Assembly (NCBI GenBank): GCA_964367355.1
Contig: CAYIWY010000002.1
Span: 7,296-71,295, forward strand
DNA length: 64,000 nt
Origin: an uncultured Gammaproteobacteria bacterium
Lineage (GTDB): Bacteria > Patescibacteriota > Microgenomatia > Woykebacterales > RBG-16-39-9b
Direction: 5' to 3'
The notes under the pieces are model-generated. The model saw only the letters and a program-made list of their open reading frames with translations, was not told the DNA's origin and did no database searches. The first letter of the stretch is position 1; the number at the start of each line of letters is the position of its first letter. This document shows, one piece after another, positions 39,158 to 49,446 of this stretch. Position numbers and translations under genes: made by a program.

Positions 39158-40588
39158 TTAGATTTGCTCGATTAGTTTTAGTAGAGTTCTGACTCCGACA
39201 CCAGTAGCTCCTTTTGACATATATGGTTTTTCACTATCAAGCCAAGCCGTACCGGCAATATCAAGGTGAACCCAAGAATTTTTCGGATCAATAAATTCTT
39301 GCAAAAAAACTGCGCCCGCGATAACACCAGCTCCCCGACTCGGAGCAACATTCGCTAGGTCAGCAACATCAGACTTAAGCATTTCTTTATGTTCAGGATA
39401 AATTGGTAGTTGCCACATTCTCTCCCCGCTTTCCGCTCCTGATTTGATCACTAGATCAGCAAAATCTTGCTTATTACCAAGTAGTGCTGTGGCTTCACTA
39501 CCCAAAGCGACAATCACTGCCCCAGTTAAAGTCGCCAGATCGACAATCTTGGTTGCTCCAAGTTTTTGCACTAGAGTCAGGGCGTCACACAAAACCACCC
39601 GACCTTCAGCGTCAGTATTGATAACTTCGATTGTTTTTCCAGCAAGTGAACGAACGACATCTCCTGGTTTCAACGCCCCACCACCGGGTAAATTTTCTGT
39701 CAAAGGAGCCACCACAATAATATTTTCTTTTAATTTCAGCTGAGCGCAAAGTTTTATGAAGGCAATGGCCGTTGCTGCCCCAGCCATATCAAGTTTCATT
39801 TCATGCATTTTTTCAGATGGTTTGATTGAAATTCCGCCAGAATCAAAGGTAATTCCTTTACCGACAACCCCAAAGATTGGCTTTTTCTTATCGACAATAT
39901 ATTTAAGCACAAGCATAAACGAAGGTTGGTGACTGCCTTGGGAGATCCCAGCAAAAGCATTCATCCCGCGACGTTTTGCTTCCTTCTCATCAATTACTTC
40001 GATCTCAAGTTTAAATTCCCGTGCAATTCTTCTGGCATTTTCAACCATGATTTTTGGAGTGAGGTGGTTAGCCGGCTCGGTGACTAGACTACGAATCCAA
40101 TTGGTACTCTCTAAAACAGCTTGGGATTTTTTAATTTCTTCTAAAGAAAGTTTGCCACAGATTATCAACTCTTCTATTTTCGAAGGTTTATCTTTACCTG
40201 TTTTGTATATACCCTGATCGAATTCACCAATTCCAGCTCCTTCAATGATCACTTCGGGTTGTGAGTAAATTCGACTATCAAAGGCGACTGACTTTATTTT
40301 GCTTTTCTCTAAACGCCGAATTGCTGCTCCAGCAACATTACGCGCCAAACGATTGTCAAAATCTTCTTTTTTACCTGTCCCAATTAGTAAAACTCTGGGG
40401 TTTGATGAAATTAAAAATGTTTCGTAAAGCTTGCCGGAAAATTCGGCTGGGTTAATTGTGAAGTTACACTTTGCTAAAAAGCTTTTCACTGTTTCGGGAA
40501 CAGTTTTTACCTCTTCTTCAAACAAGGGAATAACCAAAGCTTCACATTCAATTTTCTCAAGCGGCAATGATGTGGTAGTAACTTTCAT
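39158..40588 (-). CDS. pepA: Leucyl aminopeptidase (M17)
   Basis: GKGITFDSGG, MKLDMAG, NTDAEGR. Confidence 0.95.
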   Translation of the reverse strand: MKVTTTSLPLEKIECEALVIPLFEEEVKTVPETVKSFLAKCNFTINPAEFSGKLYETFLISSNPRVLLIGTGKKEDFDNRLARNVAGAAIRRLEKSKIKSVAFDSRIYSQPEVIIEGAGIGEFDQGIYKTGKDKPSKIEELIICGKLSLEEIKKSQAVLESTNWIRSLVTEPANHLTPKIMVENARRIAREFKLEIEVIDEKEAKRRGMNAFAGISQGSHQPSFMLVLKYIVDKKKPIFGVVGKGITFDSGGISIKPSEKMHEMKLDMAGAATAIAFIKLCAQLKLKENIIVVAPLTENLPGGGALKPGDVVRSLAGKTIEVINTDAEGRVVLCDALTLVQKLGATKIVDLATLTGAVIVALGSEATALLGNKQDFADLVIKSGAESGERMWQLPIYPEHKEMLKSDVADLANVAPSRGAGVIAGAVFLQEFIDPKNSWVHLDIAGTAWLDSEKPYMSKGATGVGVRTLLKLIEQI

Positions 40589-40663
40589 TTCGAGAGGAAT
40601 TTTAACACAAAAGATGTTTCAAAGAAACTGTGCTTAAAATTACCAAAGCTGAAGTTAAGAAAG

Positions 40664-41830
40664 TTACTTTGCTGTCCCCTCTTTAACTAACTGCCCAGAT
40701 AAATTGTACTGGGAGCCTTCGGAAAGAACAGTATAATTAAGATCGACATGTAAACAATTATCTTTTGGTGTGCATTTGCGTAATGTATTTACGGATAATA
40801 TATTTGAGTCAACCCATTTTGGCCCAGTTGCGTCTTTAACTAGAATTGTTTCCGTCTTTGAATCCAAATAATATATTAGAACGTCTGATCTTACCTGACC
40901 TCCTTCGCCACTTTCATCACGTGCAAAGGCAATTTTTGTTTTATCTGGTGAAAGAACAGGTCGTGTCCAATTATTTAGAATCTTAGTACTTGCTTTTGTA
41001 GAAATATCTACTCTGTAAACTGGGTATTGGGCACTTAGCTCCATGTAATAAAAAGTGTTGTCTGAATACCAAAAAGCTTGCGCTCCTCCTAGTGAATAAA
41101 GTTTCTTACCATTTGTATCAGTAATTACCAAAGTTGTAGGGTTGGCGACTGTTTCCCCATCTGTTACCTCTGAAACTGTATTTACCATCATCACAAAGCT
41201 TACATTTGGGGAAATCTGGATGGAACTTTGATCCCACCATATACCACCCCGCCCACCTTGATTTATTGACTGAAGAATAGTTTCTTTTCCAGTTTTTATA
41301 TCAAGCAACGTGTAATCAAGTTCCTTATCTTCAAATCTTGAGTCGGTTTGATATGCAACAAGACCTGCTTCTTTATTGTAGTCAAAATTAATATGATTCC
41401 AATATTTATAGTTATTTTGCCCATTTTTCAAACCAAAATATTCAACATTGTAAATATACTTAGTATGAATAATTAAACTGTTATTTCTATAGATTTCACA
41501 ATAATTTTCAGGCCCAGAAACAATAGAAACAAAATTAGTATAAGGGTTAACAATAACTAGTTGCTGACATTTAAAAGTTAGATCGTCAACCTTAGCTTCT
41601 ATTGGCTTAACTTTTGGCTCAGTTTTTGTCTCGGAAGAAGAAAATGTGGCTTGCTTTTGTGCTGAAGAAGTTGAAGTTTTGATGTCACTAGCAGTTTTTG
41701 TTTTGTTATTTATTATCAAAAACAACAGAATAATTACAAAAATGATTCCAAACACTGATATTAAGATAAGTTTTTTATTGGATTTATACTTGCCTAGCAA
41801 TACTTCTATAAAACCTTGTATTTCAGACAT
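40664..41830 (-). CDS. Membrane-anchored TolB-like beta-propeller protein
   Basis: TM anchor; SPN and SPDKTKIAF repeats. Confidence 0.7.
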   Translation of the reverse strand: MSEIQGFIEVLLGKYKSNKKLILISVFGIIFVIILLFLIINNKTKTASDIKTSTSSAQKQATFSSSETKTEPKVKPIEAKVDDLTFKCQQLVIVNPYTNFVSIVSGPENYCEIYRNNSLIIHTKYIYNVEYFGLKNGQNNYKYWNHINFDYNKEAGLVAYQTDSRFEDKELDYTLLDIKTGKETILQSINQGGRGGIWWDQSSIQISPNVSFVMMVNTVSEVTDGETVANPTTLVITDTNGKKLYSLGGAQAFWYSDNTFYYMELSAQYPVYRVDISTKASTKILNNWTRPVLSPDKTKIAFARDESGEGGQVRSDVLIYYLDSKTETILVKDATGPKWVDSNILSVNTLRKCTPKDNCLHVDLNYTVLSEGSQYNLSGQLVKEGTAK

Positions 41831-41860
41831 TAATTAAATTATACTCACCAACAATTTGCT

Positions 41861-42967
41861 TTACAACTTAAGCGTAACCTCTTCGATTTTCTTTGGGGCT
41901 TTTGTCAAAACTTCATAACCTTTTTCTGTAACCAAAATCATATCTTCAATCCGCACTCCTCCCCAACCTGGTTCATAAATTCCAGGTTCAACTGTTACTA
42001 CATTACCTGCTTCAAATTTTTCTTTGGCTTTTGGGTTAAGTCGCGGCAGTTCGTGAACCTCAATCCCCACTCCGTGACCAACGCCATGACCAAAAACAAA
42101 TTCAGATTTCTCTTGAAGAAACTCTCGGGCTGCTAGGTCAACATTTTTCGTTTGGTTGCCAACTTTAACTTCTAAAATTCCTCTCTTTTGTGCTTCTAAA
42201 ACTAGATTATAGACTTCCGCTTGTTTTGTATTTGGTGTTCCCAGAAACACCACCCGAGAGGTATCAGACGCATAACCCTGATAAACACAACCCCAATCGA
42301 TCAAAACTTGATCACCTTTCTTAAGTTTGGTATCTCCGGCTGCGTAATGGACTTTTGAAGAATTTACACCTGCTCCAACAATAAACGGATGCCAGGCGTT
42401 ACCCTCTGCCCCATGCTCTCGCATAAACTGCTCAAGTTTCCAAGCAATTTCCTTTTCTGTCTGACCAACCCTTATGTTCTTTAAGATATACTCAAAAGAT
42501 TTGTCGGAAATTGCGAGGGACTTTTTAAACAAACTAATTTCAACCGTATCTTTTTTGGCTCTTAATTCTTCGACAAAGTCTTTTGTTTGGACAAATGTTA
42601 AGTTCTTGGTTAACTTTTGAAAATTATTTAGTGCAAAAACTGACAAATCTTTTACTTCAAAGCCAACTTTACTAACCTTTATTTCACTAAATAATTTTTC
42701 CCAGAACTTCTCATCCCAACCACTCTCTTTCAACTCATAATTAGCAACCACACTTGCCTCTTCGGTATAACGGCTATCAGTGACAACAAAAGATTTTTTG
42801 GGGGTAATCAATAAATAACCAGACTCGATATCTCCGTGCCAACCGGTCAAATAAAAACGATTGGCCATCGATGAAATTAAAATAGCATCTAGCTTTTGGA
42901 AAATTAATTTTTCCCGTAGTTTCTCTAAGCGAGAATACAGATTAGGACTGGAATCTTTGGGTTTCAT
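41861..42967 (-). CDS. Xaa-Pro peptidase (M24B)
   Basis: IDWG..YASD, HGVGHGVG.EVHE, EPGIY, RIED. Confidence 0.95.
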   Translation of the reverse strand: MKPKDSSPNLYSRLEKLREKLIFQKLDAILISSMANRFYLTGWHGDIESGYLLITPKKSFVVTDSRYTEEASVVANYELKESGWDEKFWEKLFSEIKVSKVGFEVKDLSVFALNNFQKLTKNLTFVQTKDFVEELRAKKDTVEISLFKKSLAISDKSFEYILKNIRVGQTEKEIAWKLEQFMREHGAEGNAWHPFIVGAGVNSSKVHYAAGDTKLKKGDQVLIDWGCVYQGYASDTSRVVFLGTPNTKQAEVYNLVLEAQKRGILEVKVGNQTKNVDLAAREFLQEKSEFVFGHGVGHGVGIEVHELPRLNPKAKEKFEAGNVVTVEPGIYEPGWGGVRIEDMILVTEKGYEVLTKAPKKIEEVTLKL

Positions 42968-43586
42968 CTTTTCTTGGTCGGCCACGGTGTCGTTTTACAA
43001 CCGGATTTTCTGGTTCTGGTTTTCTGGGACGGCCACGACCGCGTTTTATTTCAACTGGTTCACTGGGAGCTGAAAATATTTTTTTAAACAAACCGAAAAA
43101 CGATCCATTTGGCTTTGTAGAAAGAAGTTTTACTTCGACTGCACCTGCTAAAACTGGCGTGCCAACACTAACTCCACAAAAGGGGCATTGCTGCCAGACA
43201 ATTTCCAGTGGGTGTTTGCAGGAAGGACATTCTTTTCTAACAATTAAACCACAATGGCTACAAAACAAAAAATCATCACGAACTAATTCATTACAGCGTG
43301 GGCAAGTAAAGGTTTTTGTTTGACTCTCAAGGATTTTTTCCTCAAGATCGTGAATTTTATGATCCTCGATTGTTGAGGGAGGTCGAACTATCAAATAAAG
43401 GATGAAACCAAAGAAAAACCCAAATCCGACTAAAAGTACTGCCCCGATTCGAACAAACCAGTTCTTAGAGCGGCTGAAAATATCCATTGCGCCCCAAACA
43501 GTGAGCGCCAGCCAAAGCACAAAAATATAACCAAGCAAAATTGCTAAGACTAAACTATTGGTTAAAAAATAAATAACTTCAGCCAT
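42942..43586 (-). CDS. Membrane protein with double zinc ribbon and two AT-hooks
   Basis: Two TMs, four CxxC, KRGRGRPRK and KRHRGRPRK. Confidence 0.85.
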   Translation of the reverse strand: MAEVIYFLTNSLVLAILLGYIFVLWLALTVWGAMDIFSRSKNWFVRIGAVLLVGFGFFFGFILYLIVRPPSTIEDHKIHDLEEKILESQTKTFTCPRCNELVRDDFLFCSHCGLIVRKECPSCKHPLEIVWQQCPFCGVSVGTPVLAGAVEVKLLSTKPNGSFFGLFKKIFSAPSEPVEIKRGRGRPRKPEPENPVVKRHRGRPRKDETQRFQS

Positions 43587-43663
43587 ATTTCTTTGACAAT
43601 AAAATCTCTACATGTATATAATGAAGCTGCTTCTTCAGTCAATAGGTAGATTTTTTAACTAAA

Positions 43664-44110
43664 ATGCTTTCTACACCCCACCTATTAGTCGGTGCAGCAA
43701 TTGTCAAAACAATACCAAATCCGGCGATCTCTTTGCCGCTGGCTCTACTTAGCCATTTTGCTCTTGATTCTTTCCCCCATTGGGATGGGTCTCCAAAAGC
43801 TCCTTTTGGCCTGAAAACAACCGGTTGGATAATTGTAGATTATTTGATCGGCTCAAGTATAGTCCTGTTGTTGACCGCCGGGCTTGAGAATCAAGTTCTG
43901 ATTTGTTTGGGGGCTTTTTTGGGAACGTTACCAGATTTTATTTTAGGCACTTATCGCCATTTGGAATCAACTTTTTCAAAATACAGACTTTTACGAGTCC
44001 CAAATCAATTTCACATGGGTATCCAGAGAAATATACCGTTCCGACCAGGGCTAATTGTTACCTCAATAACCTCATTAATTTCAATCCTGATTCTTTTAAG
44101 TGGTAAGTAA
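43664..44110 (+). CDS. Membrane-bound metal-dependent hydrolase-like protein
   Basis: TPH, SHFALDSFPHWD, LPD, FH. Confidence 0.75.
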   Translation: MLSTPHLLVGAAIVKTIPNPAISLPLALLSHFALDSFPHWDGSPKAPFGLKTTGWIIVDYLIGSSIVLLLTAGLENQVLICLGAFLGTLPDFILGTYRHLESTFSKYRLLRVPNQFHMGIQRNIPFRPGLIVTSITSLISILILLSGK

Positions 44111-44122
44111 ACAACTTTTAAC

Positions 44123-44257
44123 CCGACCTTAGAGCCGACGCGTTAAGAAAATTGAAGTTTGCCGACTGTTCCACAGGAAATTTTCAATTTGTCTAAACGA
44201 AGTGTTTTTGAAAATTAAGGAGGTAAACAATATTTTTAGCCAAAGGCTCTCGGTCGG
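44123..44257. ncRNA. Possible rod-shaped small RNA (6S-like)
   Basis: Closing helix 44123-44136/44245-44257 plus inner helix 44149-44160/44178-44190. Confidence 0.3.
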
Positions 44258-44298
44258 CAGTTTGGTGCAACCTTTGCTGCCAAAGGTTGCTTGAAAAA

Positions 44299-44862
44299 TT
44301 ACCTTTTAACTCTCTCAATATATTCCCCACTCCTGGTATCAACTTTAACAATGTCGCCTTCGTTAATAAACAACGGAACTTTGACTTCAAGGCCGTTTTC
44401 CACTTTGGCTGATTTGTAAACATTAGAAACTGTATCGCCGCGTACACCCGGAGGGCTATCAACAACTTGCAGTTCAACTGTTCGGGGTAAATCAACTTTG
44501 AGAATTTGGTCCTTGAAAACTAAAAGCGAATAAGTAGAGCCTTCCTGCAGATATTTTTCTCCACCAGAGAGTATCTTGTTTTCAACTGCAAATTGGTCAA
44601 AAGTTTTCGGATCCATGAAGGTCGAATCGTTCTCATTTTTGTAAAGAAATTGGCCCTCTCTTTTGTCTAGATCAGCTTCCTCTACTCTTGCTCCAGAAAT
44701 AAAGGTTTTTTCAGTAGTTGAACCTGATTTTAAATTTTTTACCTTGACCCGAATGGTCGCTGTCCCCCGTCCCATTTTGGTATGGGAATATTCCAATACT
44801 TCAAAAAGACTACCGTCTTCCTGAAAAGTTGCACCAGATCGTAAATCATTAACATTTAACAT
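44299..44862 (-). CDS. efp: Elongation factor P
   Basis: HTKMGRG, PGVRGDT, VPLFI, VDTRSGEY. Confidence 0.96.
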   Translation of the reverse strand: MLNVNDLRSGATFQEDGSLFEVLEYSHTKMGRGTATIRVKVKNLKSGSTTEKTFISGARVEEADLDKREGQFLYKNENDSTFMDPKTFDQFAVENKILSGGEKYLQEGSTYSLLVFKDQILKVDLPRTVELQVVDSPPGVRGDTVSNVYKSAKVENGLEVKVPLFINEGDIVKVDTRSGEYIERVKR

Positions 44863-44979
44863 AAGTTGTCCATTTTTACCAAAAAACTGACTATATTGCA
44901 ATTATTTAGTTTAAAAGCTTGCTTGCTAGGAATATAATAAGGCTAACAAAGGTAACAGTAGTAGGAAAGGAGTCTGATA

Positions 44980-45342
44980 GTGGCTGCTACTTATCCACCC
45001 AGAGGCAAGAGACCAACAAAGGACCTGTTGGAAACGGTCAGGAATATTGCTCACGCAACACCAGAGCAGCTGCGGGATGGTTACCTCAACCGCCTGCGTC
45101 GACTGCTGCGGTTGCGTCGCGACAACTTCGAAGATCTGAACGAGCAAGGTTTGCGGCTTTTGGACCAATCGATCTTTGCATCCTACTGCGATTGTCTCGA
45201 CATTGGCCAGGGAGATGAGGCAAAGTCGATTCTCAAAAACGTCCGATTGACCCTTAGTCTCACAAGAACAAGTCAGCGCAACCAACCTGCCACGGTAAGG
45301 TCGACAACGGAAGGAAAGCAAGATCCTGGTTACACATACTAA
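44980..45342 (+). CDS. Orphan helical protein
   Basis: AAGGAG SD, GTG start, terminator about 45349-45385. Confidence 0.65.
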   Translation: MAATYPPRGKRPTKDLLETVRNIAHATPEQLRDGYLNRLRRLLRLRRDNFEDLNEQGLRLLDQSIFASYCDCLDIGQGDEAKSILKNVRLTLSLTRTSQRNQPATVRSTTEGKQDPGYTY

Positions 45343-45440
45343 CCAACCTAGACCTCTGGAACTCACAAGTTTCCGAGGTCTTTTTCTTGGATTTGAATTC
45401 AAAGATAATAAATTGTATAATTACTCTCGCTTTTTCCCTT

Positions 45441-45527
45441 GCCGGGGTGGCGGAATTGGTAGACGCGCGGGACTCAAAATCCCGTGATCGCAAGGTCGTG
45501 GGAGTTCGATTCTCCCCCTCGGCACCA
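45441..45527 (+). tRNA. tRNA-Leu(CAA)
   Basis: Cloverleaf with long variable arm, CTCAAAA anticodon loop, TTCGA, encoded CCA. Confidence 0.97.
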
Positions 45528-45601
45528 TAAACTTTCACTTAATTTTCACTTTTGTGCTAAAATAGCAATTTCAGAATTCAAATAAGTAAGGAGAGTGTCT
45601 T

Positions 45602-45883
45602 TTGAATCAAGAACCTAAGGTCGAGATCCATTTGCTCATCACTGACTACAGCCCACAAATCGGTGATCATGTCAGGACTAGTTGCGGACAAACCTTGCCT
45701 TTCATGAAGGGAGTTGATTTCGATAAACCTCACACTGACCCAAGGTTTTGCCGTTCTTGCCTCAACCAGTTGGGAGAAACAAACGACAAGTTCATCTTTG
45801 CTTTCTGGGGAACACCAATTATTGCAGTGACAATTTCCCCAACTGCACGTATCGGAGGTAGAAGAAGCAGTCCATTTCAGTAA
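45602..45883 (+). CDS. Orphan small Zn-binding protein
   Basis: H..CG...CRSC; TGcTAAAAT promoter; AAGGAG SD. Confidence 0.6.
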   Translation: MNQEPKVEIHLLITDYSPQIGDHVRTSCGQTLPFMKGVDFDKPHTDPRFCRSCLNQLGETNDKFIFAFWGTPIIAVTISPTARIGGRRSSPFQ

Positions 45884-45896
45884 GGAGAGGAAAATC

Positions 45897-46130
45897 GTGG
45901 TAAAAGCTTATATCATGGTTGTCACAGATCCCGGTAAGACAAAATCAGTCTATGAAGAGCTAGGGAGAATCGAACAACTGCAGGAAGTTCATGAGGTAAT
46001 GGGTCCTTACGACATTATTGCCACCATTGAGGTTACGTCATTAGGAGAAGTTCCTTCAATCGTTACTTCTGTTCGCAAAGTTGAAGGCATTCAATCCACC
46101 CTGACTCTAACCACCTTCCCGGATGTCTAG
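45897..46130 (+). CDS. Stand-alone Lrp/AsnC ligand-binding (RAM) domain
   Basis: KAYIMV...VHEVMGPYDIIA...GIQSTLT. Confidence 0.88.
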   Translation: MVKAYIMVVTDPGKTKSVYEELGRIEQLQEVHEVMGPYDIIATIEVTSLGEVPSIVTSVRKVEGIQSTLTLTTFPDV

Positions 46131-46214
46131 AGGTCGGCAACCAACCTAAAACGTGTTTCTTTTCCAAGAAGCACGTTTTTTATTTCAAAAAGAAAGCCGC
46201 CTAGTGAGATTTCA

Positions 46215-46778
46215 CTAAACGGCTATGCGCGAATAAACTACTTCCCCATCACGAGTTCTGACTTCGACAACATCATCGAGGAAAAGCTCTTCAAAAACAG
46301 CTTGGATATCCCTAACCGGACCCCAATCTGCACTTCTGTCCAAACCTTCCAGATCAAAGATGTTTTCCCAGGTTTCTTCCTTCAATCGGTGACGATCTGC
46401 CCTGTGCAAGACGCATTCAAAGTCATTGAGCACAGCGTGCCAAGATGAAAAATCGGACAAAAGAACCCGGCTCTGGGAAATCCGAATCTTAAAAACATAG
46501 TCGCCTTTGGGAACCCACTTCTTCAAGGGATAACGGCGAAAAGCCCAAATCGGAAAACCGCCTCGGTAAGCGACCAAACGCTTTTGCATTTGCGCTTTCA
46601 TCCATTGGTAAGGTTTGCGAAAGGTCCAATGGTAAACTCTTCTTCCATCGGCCCGAAACTTCCCTCTTTTCAAAAGTTGAAGAACTTTGGGGTTTTGGGC
46701 AGTCCAAAGCGTGATCGGATCTCGACCTGATCGGCACACTACAACTGAAGCTTTCCTCACTTTCACCAAAGCTGCCAC
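46215..46778 (-). CDS. DUF3841-like protein
   Basis: LWTAQ, YQWMKAQM, PIWA, VLLSDF..WHAVLN, WENIFD, IQA. Confidence 0.8.
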   Translation of the reverse strand: MAALVKVRKASVVVCRSGRDPITLWTAQNPKVLQLLKRGKFRADGRRVYHWTFRKPYQWMKAQMQKRLVAYRGGFPIWAFRRYPLKKWVPKGDYVFKIRISQSRVLLSDFSSWHAVLNDFECVLHRADRHRLKEETWENIFDLEGLDRSADWGPVRDIQAVFEELFLDDVVEVRTRDGEVVYSRIAV

Positions 46779-46836
46779 TCTCCTTATCTATATACTATGG
46801 GGTTGGATTATAGGTTTTGTTTGAATTAAAGTCAAG

Positions 46837-48189
46837 CTAAACTCGGGCTTTTTCGATGGCGAAGAATCTGCGGCGTTCGCCTTTGAATTTGAGGTCTACT
46901 TCACCGAGTGGACCGGAGCGGTGTTTTGCAATAGAAAGTTTTACATTTTCAAAGTCTTCCGCGTCTTCACGGTAAAGAAACATCACCACATCAGCATCTT
47001 GTTCAATCCCACCAGACTCGCGCAAATCAGAAAGCTGGGGAATCTTGGCTGTCCGACTTTCGACCGCTCGCGAAAGCTGTGAACACGCTAGCACTGGAAT
47101 TTTCAGTTCCCGAGCCAGGTTCTTCAAGGCTTGAGAAATTTCGGAAACTTCCTGAACTCGATTTTCTAAGTTGCGTCCGTGAACCAATTGTAAGTAATCG
47201 ACGATTAAAAGTTTCAGACCGTGTTCCATCTGCAAACGACGGGCTTTGGTGCGCATTTCCATAATCGAAATGCCGGGCGTATCATCAATATAAATTGGCG
47301 CTTCGGCTAATTCACCCATCGCTTCCGAAAGTTTTTCAAAATCTTCTTCCTTGAGGTTTCCAGTCGTGATTTTCCAGGCATCAACATCGGATTGCGAAGC
47401 AAGCATTAAGTCGACCAGTTGTTCTTTGCTCATCTCGAGTGAAAAAACTCCAACCGGGATTTTTTCCTTGACTCCCATATATTGGGCAACGTTCATACAA
47501 AAGGTTGATTTACCCATCGAAGGACGAGCTGCTAAAATAATCAAAGTTGAATCCTGCAGGCCGGAAAGTTTTTTATCGATATCGTTGAAACCTGTTGGCA
47601 CACCCCGCATTCCACTACCCTTTTTGTGAAGTTCATCCAGTCGATCAAAACTTTCAGCCAGAGCATCTTTCAGGGGAATAAAATTCTGTTTGAGATGTTG
47701 CTGGGAAATTCCGAAAAGCGATTGCTCTGAAGCATCAAGCAAATCTTTAACTTCCACACCGGTTTCAAAAGCTTTTTCAGTAATCTTCGCTGCAGCTGTA
47801 ATGAGGGCTCGTTTAGTGGCTGCCTCTTTGACAATTTCAGCGTAATTTTGAATATGCGCGCTGGTCGGAACAGAATTGACCAAACTTGTTAAGTAACTTG
47901 TACCGCCAGCTAACTCTAGATTTCCGGCTTTTTTTAAAATATCACTAACGGTAACTAAATCAGCTGGTTGGCGTTTTTCGTAAAGAGTCAAAATCGCTCG
48001 GTAAATTTCACCGTGTTGTTCACGGTAAAAGTGTTCCGGGGAAAGAACCTCGGCGATTTTTACAATCGCGTCTTTATCAAGCAGTAAACTACCCAAGACC
48101 GACTGCTCGGCCTCAATATTCTGAGGTGGGATTTTGCCTTCGATGTTGAGTTTTGTCTCCACTCTTGGAATGTTTGTCCGAGTCGCCAT
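46837..48189 (-). CDS. dnaB: Replicative DNA helicase
   Basis: AARPSMGKS, DYLQL, SQLSR, DLRESG.IEQDAD. Confidence 0.98.
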   Translation of the reverse strand: MATRTNIPRVETKLNIEGKIPPQNIEAEQSVLGSLLLDKDAIVKIAEVLSPEHFYREQHGEIYRAILTLYEKRQPADLVTVSDILKKAGNLELAGGTSYLTSLVNSVPTSAHIQNYAEIVKEAATKRALITAAAKITEKAFETGVEVKDLLDASEQSLFGISQQHLKQNFIPLKDALAESFDRLDELHKKGSGMRGVPTGFNDIDKKLSGLQDSTLIILAARPSMGKSTFCMNVAQYMGVKEKIPVGVFSLEMSKEQLVDLMLASQSDVDAWKITTGNLKEEDFEKLSEAMGELAEAPIYIDDTPGISIMEMRTKARRLQMEHGLKLLIVDYLQLVHGRNLENRVQEVSEISQALKNLARELKIPVLACSQLSRAVESRTAKIPQLSDLRESGGIEQDADVVMFLYREDAEDFENVKLSIAKHRSGPLGEVDLKFKGERRRFFAIEKARV

Positions 48190-48195
48190 TGGAAT

Positions 48196-48837
48196 TTAAC
48201 TTTTTGACATTACAACAATCTGAGTTTCTTCGGGAAGTTTATCAGCAGCTATTGTGAGTTTTTGTACGCTCTCGATGCCTTCTTTTCCCATCTCCTTGAG
48301 AAAACTATCAACGCTGGAGAGTTCTTTAATTGTTGAGTCTGGATCAAGGTAATGCATCGGAATAATAATTTTTGGCTCGAGTTGAGAAACAATTTTACTA
48401 GCAACCGAAGCGTCAATTGTGAAGTAGCCACCAACTGGAATCAAAAGGATATCGACATTACCGATTTCTTCAACTTGCTCAGTCGTTAAACTATCTTGTC
48501 CCAAGTCACCAAGATGAGCGATATTCATTTTGTCGATTTTGAAATTGAAGATTGTATTGTTGCCCCGCTCCTCACCCTTTTTATTATCATGAAATGAAGC
48601 AACACCGATTATCTCTACTCCTTTTACTTCATACTCTCCTGGTCCGCTGACAATAAAAGGCTCTCCTTGAACTAAGTCTGTAGCAGAGTGGTCAAAGTGA
48701 CTGTGAGTTACCGAAACGATATCAGCTTCGACTTTAGGAAATTTCAGGCCGGTTTTGGAATCAAACGGATCTGTAACTAAACAAGCGTTTTTGCCTTTGA
48801 TTTTAAAACTAGCGTGACCTAAGTAAGAAATATCCAT
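48196..48837 (-). CDS. Metallo-beta-lactamase fold hydrolase
   Basis: GHASF, HSHFDH, HLGD, PMHY. Confidence 0.92.
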   Translation of the reverse strand: MDISYLGHASFKIKGKNACLVTDPFDSKTGLKFPKVEADIVSVTHSHFDHSATDLVQGEPFIVSGPGEYEVKGVEIIGVASFHDNKKGEERGNNTIFNFKIDKMNIAHLGDLGQDSLTTEQVEEIGNVDILLIPVGGYFTIDASVASKIVSQLEPKIIIPMHYLDPDSTIKELSSVDSFLKEMGKEGIESVQKLTIAADKLPEETQIVVMSKS

Positions 48838-49017
48838 CGAATTAAAAATTAATAACTATCTGAATCATTCGCTAACGCGAAAGTAAGAATTAAGAGCAGA
48901 AAAATACTACCACAGGAAAACTAGCAATTCAACCTTTGCCCAAAAAGAGTTGACACTTCTCAGCAATTTTTTTAAGATTAGCAAGACTTAAAATTTAAGA
49001 AATCAATAAACTGCCAG

Positions 49018-49446
49018 ATGGATACAACAACACAAGAGTCTCTAAAAAATAGATTTTCAAAAATTTTACTTGGGTTTGTTGGTGGGGTAATTCTTTCTCT
49101 AGTAGCTTTTCTTTTATTTAATATTTTTTCTGCTTCAAACAAACCAAAAGTAATTACTGCAAGAAAAACCCTCACTCTGAGCGTCGCTTCCCCCGAAACA
49201 AACCTAGCAACTGCAAACAAAACAATTACTATTTCTGGAAGTACTAAAGTCAAAAGTATTGTCACTCTCAGTACCAGTAAGCAGTCAAAAATAGTTGAAA
49301 CTTCAGGAAGCTACTTCTCAGGTTCACTTGAATTAATCGAAGGGAAAAATATCATTACCATCGTCGCCTTTGACAGCTCAACCGGAGAATCACAAACAAC
49401 GACAAAAGAAGTACTTTATTTGAATCAAGATTTAACTGCTTTATGA
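49018..49446 (+). CDS. Membrane-anchored Ig-like protein
   Basis: TM, ITISG, LIEGKNII. Confidence 0.75.
   Translation: MDTTTQESLKNRFSKILLGFVGGVILSLVAFLLFNIFSASNKPKVITARKTLTLSVASPETNLATANKTITISGSTKVKSIVTLSTSKQSKIVETSGSYFSGSLELIEGKNIITIVAFDSSTGESQTTTKEVLYLNQDLTAL

Noticed and set aside
45441-46800. Prophage or island integrated at tRNA-Leu
   Set aside because: No integrase and no convincing duplicated tRNA 3' end
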